NCBI GenBank assembly: GCA_002269645.1
Contig: NIVC01000199.1
Location: 1 to 64,000 of the forward strand
Direction of reading: 5' to 3'
Source: Macrostomum lignano
Lineage: Eukaryota
Length of the DNA: 64,000 nucleotides
The position numbers were made by a program, and so were the translations under genes. Shown in pieces: positions 23,136-46,274 of the stretch. How positions within the stretch are numbered: the stretch's first letter is position 1; every line of letters starts with the position of its first letter. The notes beneath the pieces were generated by a model. That model worked only from the letters and a program-made list of their open reading frames with translations, was not told the DNA's origin and ran no database searches.

Positions 23136-24420
23136 GTGTCTGAGGGCAAAGACCCCAGAGTTGAACTTGTGGAACCCAAATTTAATAGCAATCTCTTTTC
23201 TATTGTCAATTGAAATGGATTAGCCATACACTTTAAGCCTCAGGATCAATTTTACTGTCTAATGCACCTGGCTCAGCAGTTGAGCTGGGGCTCCCAACAT
23301 GCGAAATTGACCCCCTCCTCTGACAGAAAGTTTAGATTGAATTTCAATAAACATATTACTGGATTTGACATATTGACAGTGAAATGCGCAACAGATGGTC
23401 ACGCAGGGGGGAAATTACGGTTAGTCTTTATTGTATTTCACGTTAGTAGTATTTATTGGTGCTCAAAAAATGTTTTATTTATTACTGTCTTCATCTGTCG
23501 TGACAAAATTATTTAGCCAGAAGAGGATACGAGCTATTTACTAGCAACCATGGTCCTCGTAAAACCGCTCTCTCGTTGGTAAACAGTTCAACATAAAGCT
23601 GCGTAAAGTTCTATTATAGTGGTCCTTGGGTGTCCACCGGTCAGTGGTTCTGGACAGCCGAGGACAGGACAGACACCTCTTGCACCTGCATGAGTGCCCG
23701 TGCTGTCAGATGACATCAGATTGTTGAGCACTAAGGCATCTCAGACCGAATTTTAGGTTGTATGGAAAGTCCCGTGGAAAGTGATAGCGACCGTGTTTAA
23801 GTAATCAATAAAAACTATTCATTCGACTCTTTTATAAGCTACACTGTCACAACGAAGTAGTGTGAAATTTATGACTTGTCTATGAAAAAAATCGTTATAA
23901 TTTCTTAGGAGTTGCTTCTACACTATTGAACTTGAGGTAGTAAAAGGTAGTCTGATTTATGCAAATTTATGCAAGACAAATATTTTATGCATTATCACAT
24001 CTCTCTAATATTGCCAGTCAGCGTCTATGAAGCGTTACAGGGGAAGAACCGTTCACCCGTTAAATGCAGCCTGTCTTTTATAGAAAGGCTTAGAAATTTC
24101 TTGTTGTTAAAACAAGCTCACTGCTGCCGGCTTGATTTCGTTGATCCTAAATCCAGGAGGCGATTTGGTTTCTTCCATGTCAAATTTTTAGACTCTGGAC
24201 CTGGGTGAATCTCTATTCTGTAAGTCGTCAAGTTACCCGATTGTTCTAGCGCAGATGTTGCCCCCGTTGCGCGGTGTCGCATTTCCGATTCCACCCCCAG
24301 TTCTGAATCGTGTATAAATGACAGCGCTTGTTGAACGTCTCCTGCAAGCTACTCACTAAACTAACCACAGTTCAAGTTGGTATTGAAGAAACCCCCAGCA
24401 CTCCATATCGCTCCAAAGCC

Positions 24421-24840
24421 ATGTCCAAGCGTTGCTATCTGCTAGCTCTGGCCCTCTGCGCCCTCCTCGGCCTCGTCTCGGCCAGCGGCGACGCCGAGTG
24501 CGCCAGCGAGCGCCGGACCAAGACGGCCAATCTGGGCGGCAAGGTGATCAGTCAGAGTCTTGTCCGCATGCGGGTCGGCACCGGCCAGTGCCTGTGGGTC
24601 CGGGAGGGCAGCACGCCGAACAGGTACCGATCCGAGAGCTGCATGAACTGCCGCGTGTACGGCAGCAACCAGGTGTACTGCACCGGCGCTCCCTCCGTGG
24701 CCGTTCCACCGCCATGCGTTGTGGCACTGGGACCCGACTGCTCCTGGCACACCGTGGACCCGACTGACAAGACCAAAGCCTGCGACCCGGCCGCTCTGAT
24801 GAAGAAAAGGCTGGCTGCAGGACCTCCGCCTCTGCCATGA
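24421..24840 (+). CDS. Secreted cysteine-rich protein, beta-microseminoprotein (PSP94)-like, 139 aa, single exon
   Basis: Signal peptide MSKRCYLLALALCALLGLVSA. Eight mature Cys; SESCMNC...YC...C...DC...VDPTDKTKAC resembles the beta-MSP C-terminal pattern. TATA-like gtataaat near 24311. Confidence 0.65.
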   Translation: MSKRCYLLALALCALLGLVSASGDAECASERRTKTANLGGKVISQSLVRMRVGTGQCLWVREGSTPNRYRSESCMNCRVYGSNQVYCTGAPSVAVPPPCVVALGPDCSWHTVDPTDKTKACDPAALMKKRLAAGPPPLP

Positions 24841-25145
24841 ATATTTTACTCTGTTGAACCTATTTAACGGATTAACTGGTTGATTGGCTGAAAATAAATG
24901 TGCTAAATACAACAAATATATACTGTGAACCATGAACATCGGATCAGCTTGTTGGTGTAGAAAAATGATTAAAATTAATTTAGGTCTCGAGCAATAGTGT
25001 TAACAAATTCTTCAGAACTGTGAGCAACTCTGGCACACCGGCAGGACAGGGGGGACATGCCAATGCCTTGCTCCCCCCTCACCCAACCGCATGACCGGTT
25101 ATGAAAAATCAATAATTTTGCTTGAGGGCGACAAAATAAGTGCCT

Positions 25146-25437
25146 AAATGAGTGCCTGCGGCGCTAAAATGAGTGCCTGCGGCGCTAAAATGAGTGCCTG
25201 CGGCGCTAAAATGAGTGCCTGCGGCGCTAAAATGAGTGCCTGCGGCGCTAAAATGAGTGACTGTGGCGCTAAAATGAGTGCCTGCAGCGCTAAAATGAGT
25301 GCCTGCAGCGCTAAAATGAGTGCCTGCGGCGCCAAAAGGAGTGCCTGCAGCGCTAAAAGGAGTGCCTGTAGCGCTAAAATTTGTGCCTGTAGCTCTAAAA
25401 AGAGTGCGGCGCCAAAATGAGTGCCTGCGGCGCCAAG
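25146..25437 (+). repeat. 21-bp minisatellite (atgagtgcctgcggcgctaaa)n, same unit as inside the hAT MITE at 31.6-32.6 kb
   Basis: Tandem copies; reverse-complement copies at 31690-32190. Confidence 0.9.
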
Positions 25438-26442
25438 TGAGCGCTGGCAACACCGATTTTGAAAATAGTGTACATGTACATGTAGAATTCTTGGCTTTGT
25501 CCCCCACCATAAAATCCATGCCGACGCCCCTGTTTGAGTGGTCTATTGATTGGTGCAAAATGACAGTTTCTAATCTTTGAACTTCATAGCAGCAAAAATC
25601 TGAATTCTGATGCTCTAGCAGACTACTAGTAGTAGACTAGTGTAATTTGTTACGGAATGAAAAATTAACCAGAAATAATCTCCAAGAAGCTCATTACCCT
25701 CTGTAAGACACAATTATTAACTTAAAATTGTGATAAATTTAAGGTTTAGGATCGGTTGAGAATTACAATTACATCACGATTACGGGGCTAGCTTTGGTTC
25801 GTATCTATGCATGTATTACTTGAGTACACCTGTCTCATTTCATGCTCATATTTCGATATTTCTAGTCAAAAAAGTTTACCCATGGTCTGCTGCAATGAAA
25901 ATGCCCATCTACATCTACTTGGACAAATGAGCATATCACGGGGCTGCTCCTGCCCTGGGAAACTACCTAGTAGGGAAAAAACTCGTAGCAGAAGAATAAT
26001 CATGTGACTTCTAGGAGCAGAAATCTTTGTTATTAACAAGAAGATACGCGCTGAAGAAAACTGCTGCTCAAAAAAGACGAACGGGCAGCTCTAACCCCGC
26101 CCCTTTCGAGTCCCGCCATCTCCCTCGCCATTGAAGACGTGATCGCGAACTCATGCTCACAATTTAGAGAGATTGTCCTCCCTGATTGGGAAGAGAGATG
26201 TAGCAGTTCACAGGGAGTCTGCGTGATCGGAAGCAAGTCAACAGAGCTGGGTGATAGGATGAGAAACTTTCATCCGCCGAAGACAGTTTGATAACCTTTC
26301 GATACACCCGTCATCTGTAAAGGAAAGAAAACTGCGCCATTGGCTCACCATATCAAGCTGAAAAGGTTCTCATAGCTAACGGGAATCTGCAACTACGAAC
26401 TTCCATCTCGTACCTTCAATTTACAAAATTCATCACGCAACT

Positions 26443-27070
26443 ATGGGTCAAAATTTGAGCTCCTGGTGTTCCTGCTGCTGCTGGCAGCTGGACGCATTCG
26501 TAGACGATAAAAGCTACGACGCGAGTCCGTCGGTCACCACCAACAATTTTGCAGCGGCTAGCAGTGCGCAAACACGAGCAACAATGTCAATAGCGCTTGC
26601 GGCCGGCAGCGGCGGGGTGAGCGCGAAGAACTGCCAGAAGCCTATTGAAACAGCGCCTGCCATCAGCATTGAACAGCCGCCCAAGACAATCCGAAGCCGT
26701 TCAGTCAAGCCGTCGGTCAACTTCTCGTCGCCATCAGCCGGACGGAGGATCTCTCTCCGGCGCTGCTCCAGCCTCGCAGACAAGCAGCTGTTCGGCGACC
26801 TGCCCGAAGGCGTGTCGCAGCAGGCGGTCTCCGAGATCTTGCTGCTACGCGCATGGTCCGCTCCGGCCTGCTGCCGCTCCGCTCTTACATGTCTATAGCG
26901 CCGAGATACTCGAATGCGACCAGCTCAAGATGCTGCAGGAGCAGCAGAACCGGAGGCAACGAGAGAAGGAGTTGAAACTGCAGCAACTGCGGCAGCAGTA
27001 CATTCAGCTGCAGCAGAGGAAGGTTCGACCGAAGAGAGAGAAAGCCAAGCCCAGGGCCCGCCGATGCTGA
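26443..27070 (+). CDS. Hypothetical protein with an MG/Cys-cluster N-terminus and a Q/R-rich coiled-coil-like C-terminus; frames joined by apparent frameshift(s) near 26850-26900
   Basis: GC-rich coding-like composition. MGQNLSSWCSCCC start. The overlapping frame ends ...LKMLQEQQNRRQREKELKLQQLRQQ. No family recognised. Confidence 0.4.
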
Positions 27071-27369
27071 CAGTTCCTAATTAATGAGTCGGCAACAACT
27101 TCTTATTGAATGTTTAGTTTCATAAGTGCGGCCCCCCTTCGGGGCGCCCAATAAGCACGGAGCAAAAAATAGTTAATGGAAAACAATTAAAAAAGCACAT
27201 TTTCTTAAACACCAATTCCTTCTTAACTTTTAAAAATCACCTTATTCATGTAAAATTGTCACGGACAATGATATTTGCTATGAATCTATTTTTTCTAAAA
27301 TTAACAATATATACAACAAAATATAACTTTCACAAAGATAACAGACATTACCCCTAAATAGAAAATATT

Positions 27370-27975
27370 CCCAAGACAGCAAGCATCCCTCCAGATAGCA
27401 AGCACCCCCTCCAAAAGTAAGCAACCGCAGATAGCAAGCATCCCCTAATACTCGTAGCAAGCATCCACCCAGATAGCGAGCATCCTGCAGACAGCAAGCA
27501 TTTCCCAAATATTGTAGAAGCATCCAGCTAGATAGCAAGCATCCCCCAAATATTGTAGAAGCATCCAGCTAGATAGCAAGCATCCCCCAAATATTGTAGA
27601 AGCATCCACCCAGACAGCAAGCATCCCCCAGATAGCAAGCATCCACCCAGACAGCAAGCATCCCCCAGATAGCAAGCATCCACCCAGACAGCAAGCATCC
27701 TGCAGATACCAAGCACCCCCCAGATATTGTAGAAGCATCCACCCAGACAGCAAGCATCCCCCAGATAGCAAGCATCCACCCAGACAGCAAGCATCCCCCA
27801 GATAGCAAGCATCCACCCAGACAGCAAGCATCCTGCAGATACCAAGCACCCCCCAGATATTGTAGAAGCATCCACCCAGACAGCAAGCATCTCCCAGATA
27901 GCAAGCATCCACCCAGACAGCAAGCATCCTGCAGATACCAAGCACCACCCAAATATTGCAGAAGCATCAACCCAG
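27370..27975. repeat. Composite minisatellite (cagatagcaagcatcccc / cagacagcaagcatcc)n
   Basis: Visible directly. Confidence 0.9.
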
Positions 27976-28062
27976 TTAGTAAGAATCCATAAAAAGCAAA
28001 CATCCCTAGATAGAAAGAATCCCATACATATAGCCAAGCTTATCAAGCGCAGTAATCCTTTG

Positions 28063-29720
28063 TTTGCCAAGCGCAGTAATCATTGGTTTATCAAGTGCAG
28101 TAATCCTTGGCTTATCAAGTGAAGTAAGTTCTGGTCTATCAAGTGCAGTAATCCTTGGTTTATCAAGTGCAGTAAGTCTTGGTTTATCAAGTGCAGTAAG
28201 TCTTGGTTTATCAAGTGCAGAAATCCTTGGTTTATCAAGTGCAGAAATCCTTGTTTATAAAGTGCCGTAAGTCTTGGTTTATCCAATGCAGTAGTCCTTG
28301 GTTTATCAAGTGCAATAATCCTTGGTTAATCAAGTGCAGTAATCCTTGGTTTATGAAGTGCAGTAATCCTTGGTTTATCAAGTGCAGTAATCCTTGGTTT
28401 ATCAAGTGCAGAAATCCTTGGCTTATCAAGTGCAGTAATCCTTGGTTTATCAAGTGCAGTAACCCTTGTTTATCAAGCGCAGTAGTCCTTGGTTTATCAA
28501 GTGCAGTAATCCTTGGCTTATCGAGTGCAATAATCCTTGGCTTATCAAGTGCAATAATCCTTGGTTTATCAAGTGCAATAATCCTTGGTTTATCAAGCGC
28601 AGTAATCTTTGGCTTATCAAGTGCAATAATCCTTGGTTTATCAAGTGCAGTAATCCTTCGCCTATCAAGTGCAATAATCCTTGGTTTATCAAGCGCAGTA
28701 ATCCTTGGCTTATCGAGTGCAATAATCCTTGGCTTAGCAAGTGCAATAATCCTTGGTTTATTGAGTGCAGTAATCCTTGGCTTATCAAATGCAGTAATCC
28801 TTGGTTTATCAAGTGCAGTAATCCTTGGTTTATCAAGTGCAGTAAGTCTTGGTTAATCTAGTGCAGTAATCCTTGGTTTATCAAGTGCAGTAACCCTTTG
28901 TTTATCAAGCGCAGTAGTCCTTGGTTTATCAAGTGCAGTAATCCTTGGCTTATCGAGTGCAATAATCCTTGGCTTATCAAGTGCAATAATCCTTGGTTTA
29001 TCAAGTGCAATAATCCTTGGTTTATCAAGCGCAGTAATCTTTCGCTTATCGAGTGCAATAATCCTTGGCTTATCAAGTGCAATAATCCTTGGTTTATCAA
29101 GTGCAATAATCCTTGGTTTATCAAGCGCAGTAATCTTTGGCTTATCAAGTGCAATAATCCTTGGTTTATCAAGTGCAGTAATCCTTGGCCTATCAAGTGC
29201 AATAATCCTTGGTTTATCAAGCGCAGTAATCCTTGGCTTATCGAGTGCAATAATCCTTGCTTAGCAAGTGCAATAATCCTTGGTTTATCAAGTGCAGTAA
29301 TCCTTGGCCTATCAAGTGCAATAATCCTTGGCTTAGCAAGTGCAATAATCTTTGGTTTATCAAGTGCAGTAATCCTTGGCCTATCAAGTGCAATAATCCT
29401 TGGTTTATCAAGCGCAGTAATCCTTGGCTTATCGAGTGCAGTAATCCTTGGCCTATCAAGTGCAATAATCCTTGGTTTATCAAGCGCAGTAATCCTTGGT
29501 TTATCAAGTACAATAATCCTTGGCTTATCAAGTGCAATAATCCTTGGTTTATCAAGTGCAGTAATCCTTGGCCTATCAAGTGCAATAATCCTTGGTTTAT
29601 CAAGCGCAGTAATCCTTGGCTTATCGAGTGCAATAATCCTTGGCTTATCGAGTGCAATAATCCTTGGCTTATCCAGTGCAATAATCCTTGGTTTATCAAG
29701 TACAATAATCCTTGGCTTCT
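28063..29720. repeat. 24-bp minisatellite (ttatcaagtgcagtaatccttggt)n
   Basis: About 1.65 kb array; source of the spurious INQGLLHL ORFs. Confidence 0.97.
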
Positions 29721-30007
29721 AATCCATAATCCAGGTCTTTTTAATTAGTTTTTTAATAAAAGCTTTCAATAAAAAATTTATGCTACTTTTATTCTTTTAT
29801 ACACTACTAAGATTCGAACCCAGTGTAGAGTGTTCTACCTTTCGTAAAAAAAGACATAAAAGTGTTAACGTACTACTCACACATTTTATTCAGTAGTAAG
29901 TTGAAGAGCATGAATAAAGGTATGCTTTGAATTATAAGTATATTCTGACTAACCAATAGAAAAAGAGAGACCTTGAGCATGCTAAATTTAGAAATCACCC
30001 AATCACG

Positions 30008-31007
30008 TGTAACCTGTACGGGTCGAACGCAAACCCCAGGAGAGATGCATCATTCAACCGTACGCACGTGACCCAATCAAATGTAACTAAAAATAACTCG
30101 AATGCGATGACCAATCACGCGCTTTTACACTGAACCAATGGATTAACTTTCTACCCTGCCAAGTTTGACAGCAACCAAACCGTGACCTTTTTGACAGCTG
30201 AAGAGTTGGACCCACGTGACCTCATGGGGGTCCATTTGCCTATAAATACAAGTGGTCCGGAACGGACCCGGAGCCACAAAATCTCTGAGAGAGAAAGCTC
30301 CGAAGAGGAAGCTCTGCAGCAGACTTCCTGAAGCAACTCGAAGACGTGGTCGAGTTCTTGCGGTGAGCCTTACTCATTTGCGCCTGTTGGCTGAGACGTC
30401 TCGCTCAAGTCCAAGAGTGACTTGAGTTTATTGTGAGTCGGTTGAAGACTCCTGAGTCTGGTTAGACTCTACTGGTTGCAGTCTCCAGAAGGACTGCCCC
30501 TGATAGATCTTAGAAGACTATCAGTGGTTTCCGGAGCTATACCTAGAGTGCATAGAGGCACTACTAGAAGGAGTAGGCTTATACTAAACCGCAGTTTGGC
30601 GCAGGGTACCCATTGTTGATTTGGAAGCATCCCATTGGTCCGCACTACAGATACCGGCCGGAAACGACTTCAGTGGAAGTAAAGGAACGCGGACCTGGTG
30701 ACGAACATCGACGTCTAGCGAAGTTCGAGAGTCAAAGGAAATCCGAGAACTACAGAACAAGGAAGAGCTCTCCGAGACAGGACTCAAGGTAATATATACC
30801 TTCATTTGATTACTGGGTTGCCTAGCTATAGAGCTAGAAGTGATTGTTCTTCGATTACGAAAGTCGGGTAATAAGGAACACATCACCAGGTTGCTGCATT
30901 AGCAGTCCAGTGTGTTCACATCTAGGCTAGCTCTCATTGAAATTGTAAATGAATTTGTAGCACTTATAATTCAACACTCACACCAAGTCAATAGAGTAAA
31001 AGTTACA
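30008..31007. mobile_element. Possible solo LTR (TGTAAC...GTTACA, 1.0 kb)
   Basis: Inverted termini and an internal tataaata at 30241. No matching TSD. Confidence 0.3.
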
Positions 31008-31574
31008 CGAGGCAGTTATGACATAATCAATTTCTTAGGCAAGTCAGTACCAGTGTCTATTAAAGTTAGCAATATGGTTACGCAAGATAAATCAAGTATT
31101 GTGCTATGCTTCCACACTGCGTTTTCGATACTGTGACGTAATTCAATTCAGTGTCAAAATTCAGCCAGTACAGAGACGATAAATAAAAGCCTATTGTTAT
31201 GATGCAATCTATTTCAGAATCAGAATTCAACCAGTCAGTTTTTTCTCTAGCATTCTTACAATGCATTTCAAGTCGAAAGAGCTGCTTGACCTTTGCAAAA
31301 AAGCATGTTTTTTCGAATATTTAATCCCTTTAGCATCGAGCAATTTCTTAGCCAAGATGCATGTACCGTCACGGGCAAATTTCTGATCGAACAGTGCAAG
31401 TTCGAAGAAAATCGGTCCAGCCATTCAGGAGAAAATCGATTTAGGATTTAGTATATTTAAGATTAGCTAGTGGCCGTATGCTGTTGACTTTTTATAGCTA
31501 GAATTGCGTCTAACATGTATGTCTGTTGGTTTGGGGACAAAATAGGAAAACACGTCTCCAAACTATAACACGAG

Positions 31575-32568
31575 CAGGGCGTCGCCATGGATTTTATGGT
31601 GGGGGGAACAAAGCCGAGAATTCTACTGTAGATGTACATGACTAAATTCCTACATGTACATTATTTCTGAATTGGTGTTGTCATCGGTCATTTTAGCGCT
31701 GCAGGCACTCATTTTAGCGCCGCAGGTACTTATTTTGGCGCCGCAGGCACTCATTTAGACGCCGCAGGTACTCATTTAGGCGCCGCAGGCACTCATTTAC
31801 GCGCCGCATGCACTCGTTTAGGCGCCGCAGGCACTATTTTAGCGCCGCAGGCACTCATTTTTGCGCCGCAGGTACTTATTTTGGCGCCGCAGGCACTCAT
31901 TTTGGCGCCGCAGACACTCATTTAGGCGCCGCAGGCACTCATTTAGGCGCCGCAGGCACTCATTTACGCGCCGCATGCACTCGTTTAGGCGCCGCAGGCA
32001 CTATTTTAGCGCCGCAGGCACTCATTTTTGCACCGCAGGTACTTATTTTGGCGCCGCAGGCACTCATTTTGGCGCCGCAGACACTCATTTAGGCGCCGCA
32101 GGCACTCATTTAGGCACCGCTGGCACTCATTTAGGCGCCGCAGGCACTCATTTAGGCGCCGCAGGCACTCATTTTGACGCCGCGAGCACTATTAGTTTGG
32201 TGCTGCATGCACTCGGAATCTCGGCTTGGCTCTGCTCGTGCAATTAACGGTCTTGAGACAAACCCCCAAGGCGCAGTGAAGTGTACATGCCTAACGATAA
32301 AATAAATTTAGGGCCGCTGTACACTCCTGTGTGAGTGTGTGCCTGCGTACGTACGCGCGCTTGTGCTGCCTGCCAGGGGAGTCGGCGGAATGGGCAGTAA
32401 TGCCTCTCGCCGGTTGTGTGCCTATGTCGCTTAAAGTGCGCCAGGTGCACACAACCCCTGCCTCTAATAAAAAAACGGGTCAACAAGGGGGGGACAAAGC
32501 ATTGTCACCCCCTATAGCTTTTACTGTGGGGACATGCCCCTCTGTCCCCCCCGGTAGCGACGCCCCTA
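31575..32568. mobile_element. hAT-type MITE with 8-bp TSD (AACACGAG), carrying a 21-bp minisatellite and a ~220-bp dispersed repeat
   Basis: TIRs cagggcgtcgc... and ...gcgacgccccta. aacacgag at 31567-31574 and again at 32569-32576. Confidence 0.85.
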
Positions 32569-33054
32569 AACACGAGGCTGAGTCTGAGTCTAGGAGGCGC
32601 CAGGAGTCCTGCGTGTGCACGAGAAGTGCCGTCAGTGCTGGCTTTGAGACAATGTCGAAGAATGCGTCGCACCAGCTAAGGAACCCTGGCCTCTGTTGTC
32701 AGCAGTAACTATTGTACCTTCGTTCCTGTTCACTAATAATATCAACACAATCATACTTTTCAATTTTTTATTTGCTAAGCGTTTGTACCAATTTATGTAG
32801 CTCAAAGTTTATTACAAAGCATCTTGGATATATTTGAGCGAAGCAAACATGCAATAAGGTCATTCTACGAGCGTACGTTAGAAGCAAAGTGGCTCTTCAT
32901 CCGAAACCATGATTGTGTCAGCGTTTTTTGCTAGTTTGTGATTGTGCGCGGATACTTTGAAAAAATAAAAAGGGAACATCGATTGGGTTCTTTTACAAGG
33001 TTTGCGATTTTGTTTGCAGTTCTGAAACATTAAAAAACAATACTACCGTGTATT

Positions 33055-33342
33055 GTCTGTCTGTCTGTCTTAGTGTCTGTCGGTCTTAGTGTCTGTCTGT
33101 CTTAGTGTCTGTTGGTCTTAGTGTCTGTTGGTCTTAGTGTCTGTCTGTCTTAGTGTCTGTTGGTCTTAGTGTCTGTCTGTCTTAGTGTCTGTCTGTCTGT
33201 CTGTCTGTCTGTCTTAGTGTCTTAGTGTCTGTCTGTCTTAGTGTCTGTCTGTCTTAGTGTCTGTCTGTCTTAGTGTCTATCTTTCTTAGTGTCTGTTGGT
33301 CTTAGTGTCTGTCTTAGTGTCTGTCTGTCTGTCTGTCTGTCT
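33055..33342. repeat. (tgtctgtctgtcttag)n simple repeat just downstream of the SLC24 stop
   Basis: Visible directly. Confidence 0.9.
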
Positions 33343-33364
33343 CAAGCAAAAGCAAGCAGATCAT

Positions 33365-42862
<9,498 letters not shown>

Positions 42863-44413
42863 CGGGCCGGTGGTTGCCTAGCAACCAGGTGGGAATAGCC
42901 CAGACTCCGATTCCACTGGCCTTTGCGCTGTCGAGCTGAGTAGAGCCGCACCATCCTGCTGTACTTTACCAGGGAGACTGAGATTCTATCTAGATTTTCT
43001 TTAACAAAATCGAAAGAAATTTGTAGTGCCAGCTGGGGGTTGCGCAGTTCGGGTTTTTAAAGTTCTAGACCAATTAGACTTTGTTGGCCAGAGATTCGCA
43101 TGGCCTTTTTGTTCGTTACCATAGTGGGGCTGAGAGTTCGGGGGCGAGTAAGAGAGGCAGAGTAGACGGGGCAGATGGATGGGGGCACAGCCACAGGCTC
43201 GGGGCCTTCCGTCAATCAACCGAACCCCGGTTCGCTTTTTGCGCCGCTGTCTTCTTTCTGCATAACGCCGCTGCGCTCTCAATGCTCTCTCTCTCACTGT
43301 AGTTGCCAAGATGTCTTTTAGTGGGTCAAAACGATCTCTATTCTCTATCTTTCTCTCCCTCTCGACCGCTTCGTTTGCTGTTGTCATCTGAATAATTAGA
43401 AAAATGAGCAAAAAACCACAGTAGAGTAAAGACAGTGCTCCAAGTGCAAACAGAACCCTGCCTCTTTATTCAGCATAATTATCAAACTATGCAAAAAGAA
43501 CTTTAGAAATTTTTATCTACTCAGAAAGTTTCTGTGCGTCATGAGAATTTGTGTGCTTAGCCTGCATAGCTAAATAATTAGCTATCATCTACTCAAGCAG
43601 CGCACCTGTCCAGAGACCAATTCTCGCTGGAGTACCCGTTGAAGACTAATTTTAAGTAAAAAAGGTTCCACTAATGACGCTGCTAATTCTTTGGAAAATG
43701 CGTCGCATTATCGACTGTAGCAATGCTTAGCTGTGTTTAATAGAATAATAGAATAACGTCTATTTCTTTGCCACTTTCAGATACTTCCAGGTACGGCAGT
43801 GCCTTGCACCTGCTAACATTTTGTAATGAATCGCATTAGGAAACTTTTACTTTAGCTAGCAGAAGCTGGTTTCTTGGAAATAGCATTCGCACCTTGAACT
43901 TCTGGTCGTTATGCAATCTCTTGACAACAAATAGAAAGCAAGTCAAGAAGGTACACGGGCGCTTTCACTCTAGTCTGACTTAGAGCTGCAAATCTCTACT
44001 GAACTGCTCCGCCCCTGCTCAACAAAAGTTTTGCATAACTCAATAGTTTTACGGCTAAAAATACTCGTTGCTATGTTGGTTGCAGACAAAGAGCCTCATA
44101 TAGTTCTATGCTAGCCAAGTTGCGCTAAATCAAAAAAGAGCGACAGAAGGAAGAACAGAGCAGTTTGAGCAAACCAGACTCGGACATGCTTGTCATTGCT
44201 AACAAACGAACGCCCCATCAATCGGGCTCTCAGCTCTCAGTAGACAAGATGAAATACCGTTGGCAGCGCCTGCCTATCCCAAATGAACTAATTTACTCAC
44301 GAATGCCGCGTGACAACCCGTGTTTGCTTTCGTTTCCAATCTGAAAAGCACATTTCTTTTGAACTCTAGAATATCTATTAATATACATGTGCCTGTTGGA
44401 GCCAGATTGTAAA

Positions 44414-44943
<530 letters not shown>

Positions 44944-46274
44944 TTGTCTGTATTTCGAATGTCCAGAGCGCCCTACTTTCTCGGAAGACTGAATAGTAGT
45001 ATCTTTGGCATTAAAAATATATAACTCTACGAATTTTATTCAAAACAAAAGGAAAGAAAGCGAAATCGAAACTGCTACTTGTTCTTTGAGATCATCATCA
45101 TTCTCCGTAGACTCTACTTGGAAATGCATCACATACTTGAATACATTGCCATCGTTACATTCATGTCGCAATTGCTTTGCTCCAATTGCCCTTTAATTAA
45201 TGCCAGAGTGTACTATTATTATTAATTCAACTATTTACAAACAGCTATGATAGCAGGGACAAGGAACTTTGGCAGCTGCGTATCGCAAATCGTTCTTAAT
45301 CTTAAGGCTTATTGTCTTCTCAAAGGCATTTTGGTGGCACATACGGCCTGGGCTCGCACCCCACTGCTGTAGCTGTGTTCCCAACCCGCTGTAGCTGTCT
45401 CCCCCAGCTATAGCCGACCCTCTGTTGCTACAGGACTGTAGAACGACTCATTTTAGATAAAATGGCAACTCAAATAAATCGGTTGGCCGCCCACAAAACT
45501 GACAAGGAGAATGAACTTCCATTTTTTCGTGAGCAAGCGAGCTTCGTAAATCTGTCAGAACAGAGTCTGAATGTTTTACAGAGGCTCTCTTGTGACGTCT
45601 TTTTAAAGCTGGCTACTCACGAGATCCTGAATATTTTGTGAGCCTCATCCAGGCAGGCAGATAGGTAGACAGGCGAGCAGTTGTCATCGGCAACTCAAGT
45701 AGAAAGGTCGCGATTCTCTCGCAAAATCGTGCGACTCTTACTTTGCCGAAAAATCACTAGCTACAGTAAGAACTCCCAATCTCGCTACTGAATTTTACAG
45801 GTAAACCTTGCCTCATTTATCCGGATTAAGAATTAATTGTGCTCATCATATTTCTTATTGTAAATTTGTTACGAAACAAAAAAATAATTTTTTAGCTAAA
45901 TAAGCAAGTCAAGCAGAGAAGTACAATATGCCATTTAAATGATTGCTATCTTTCACATTAACCCACTGCTTATCAATATTTACTTTGTTTATTTAAATGT
46001 CACACAAATCGAATTAAAAAATTTCCAGAGTCGCAGACTTTTAGGATCTTTTAAAAAATAAAGCCAAAAGAAACGGTCGGTCGCTGCTTGCATTAGGATG
46101 GCACGTAGCCCTCGGTTAAACATGCGCCAACTTTTCTGTTTTTAAACCCGGGGAGACTTGTTATTTTTGGTTAACAAGCATTAAAGATAAACAAATTGCG
46201 ATGGATATTATCGTAGGATTTCTCGCTGACTTCATTCATAAACGGTGTTGGCTCGAGTTGCGCATGGCAACTAC

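Noticed and set aside
43001-43411. Possible further 5' coding exon of SLC24
   Set aside because: An acceptor and ATG are present, but I could not establish an in-phase junction to the 42862 exon
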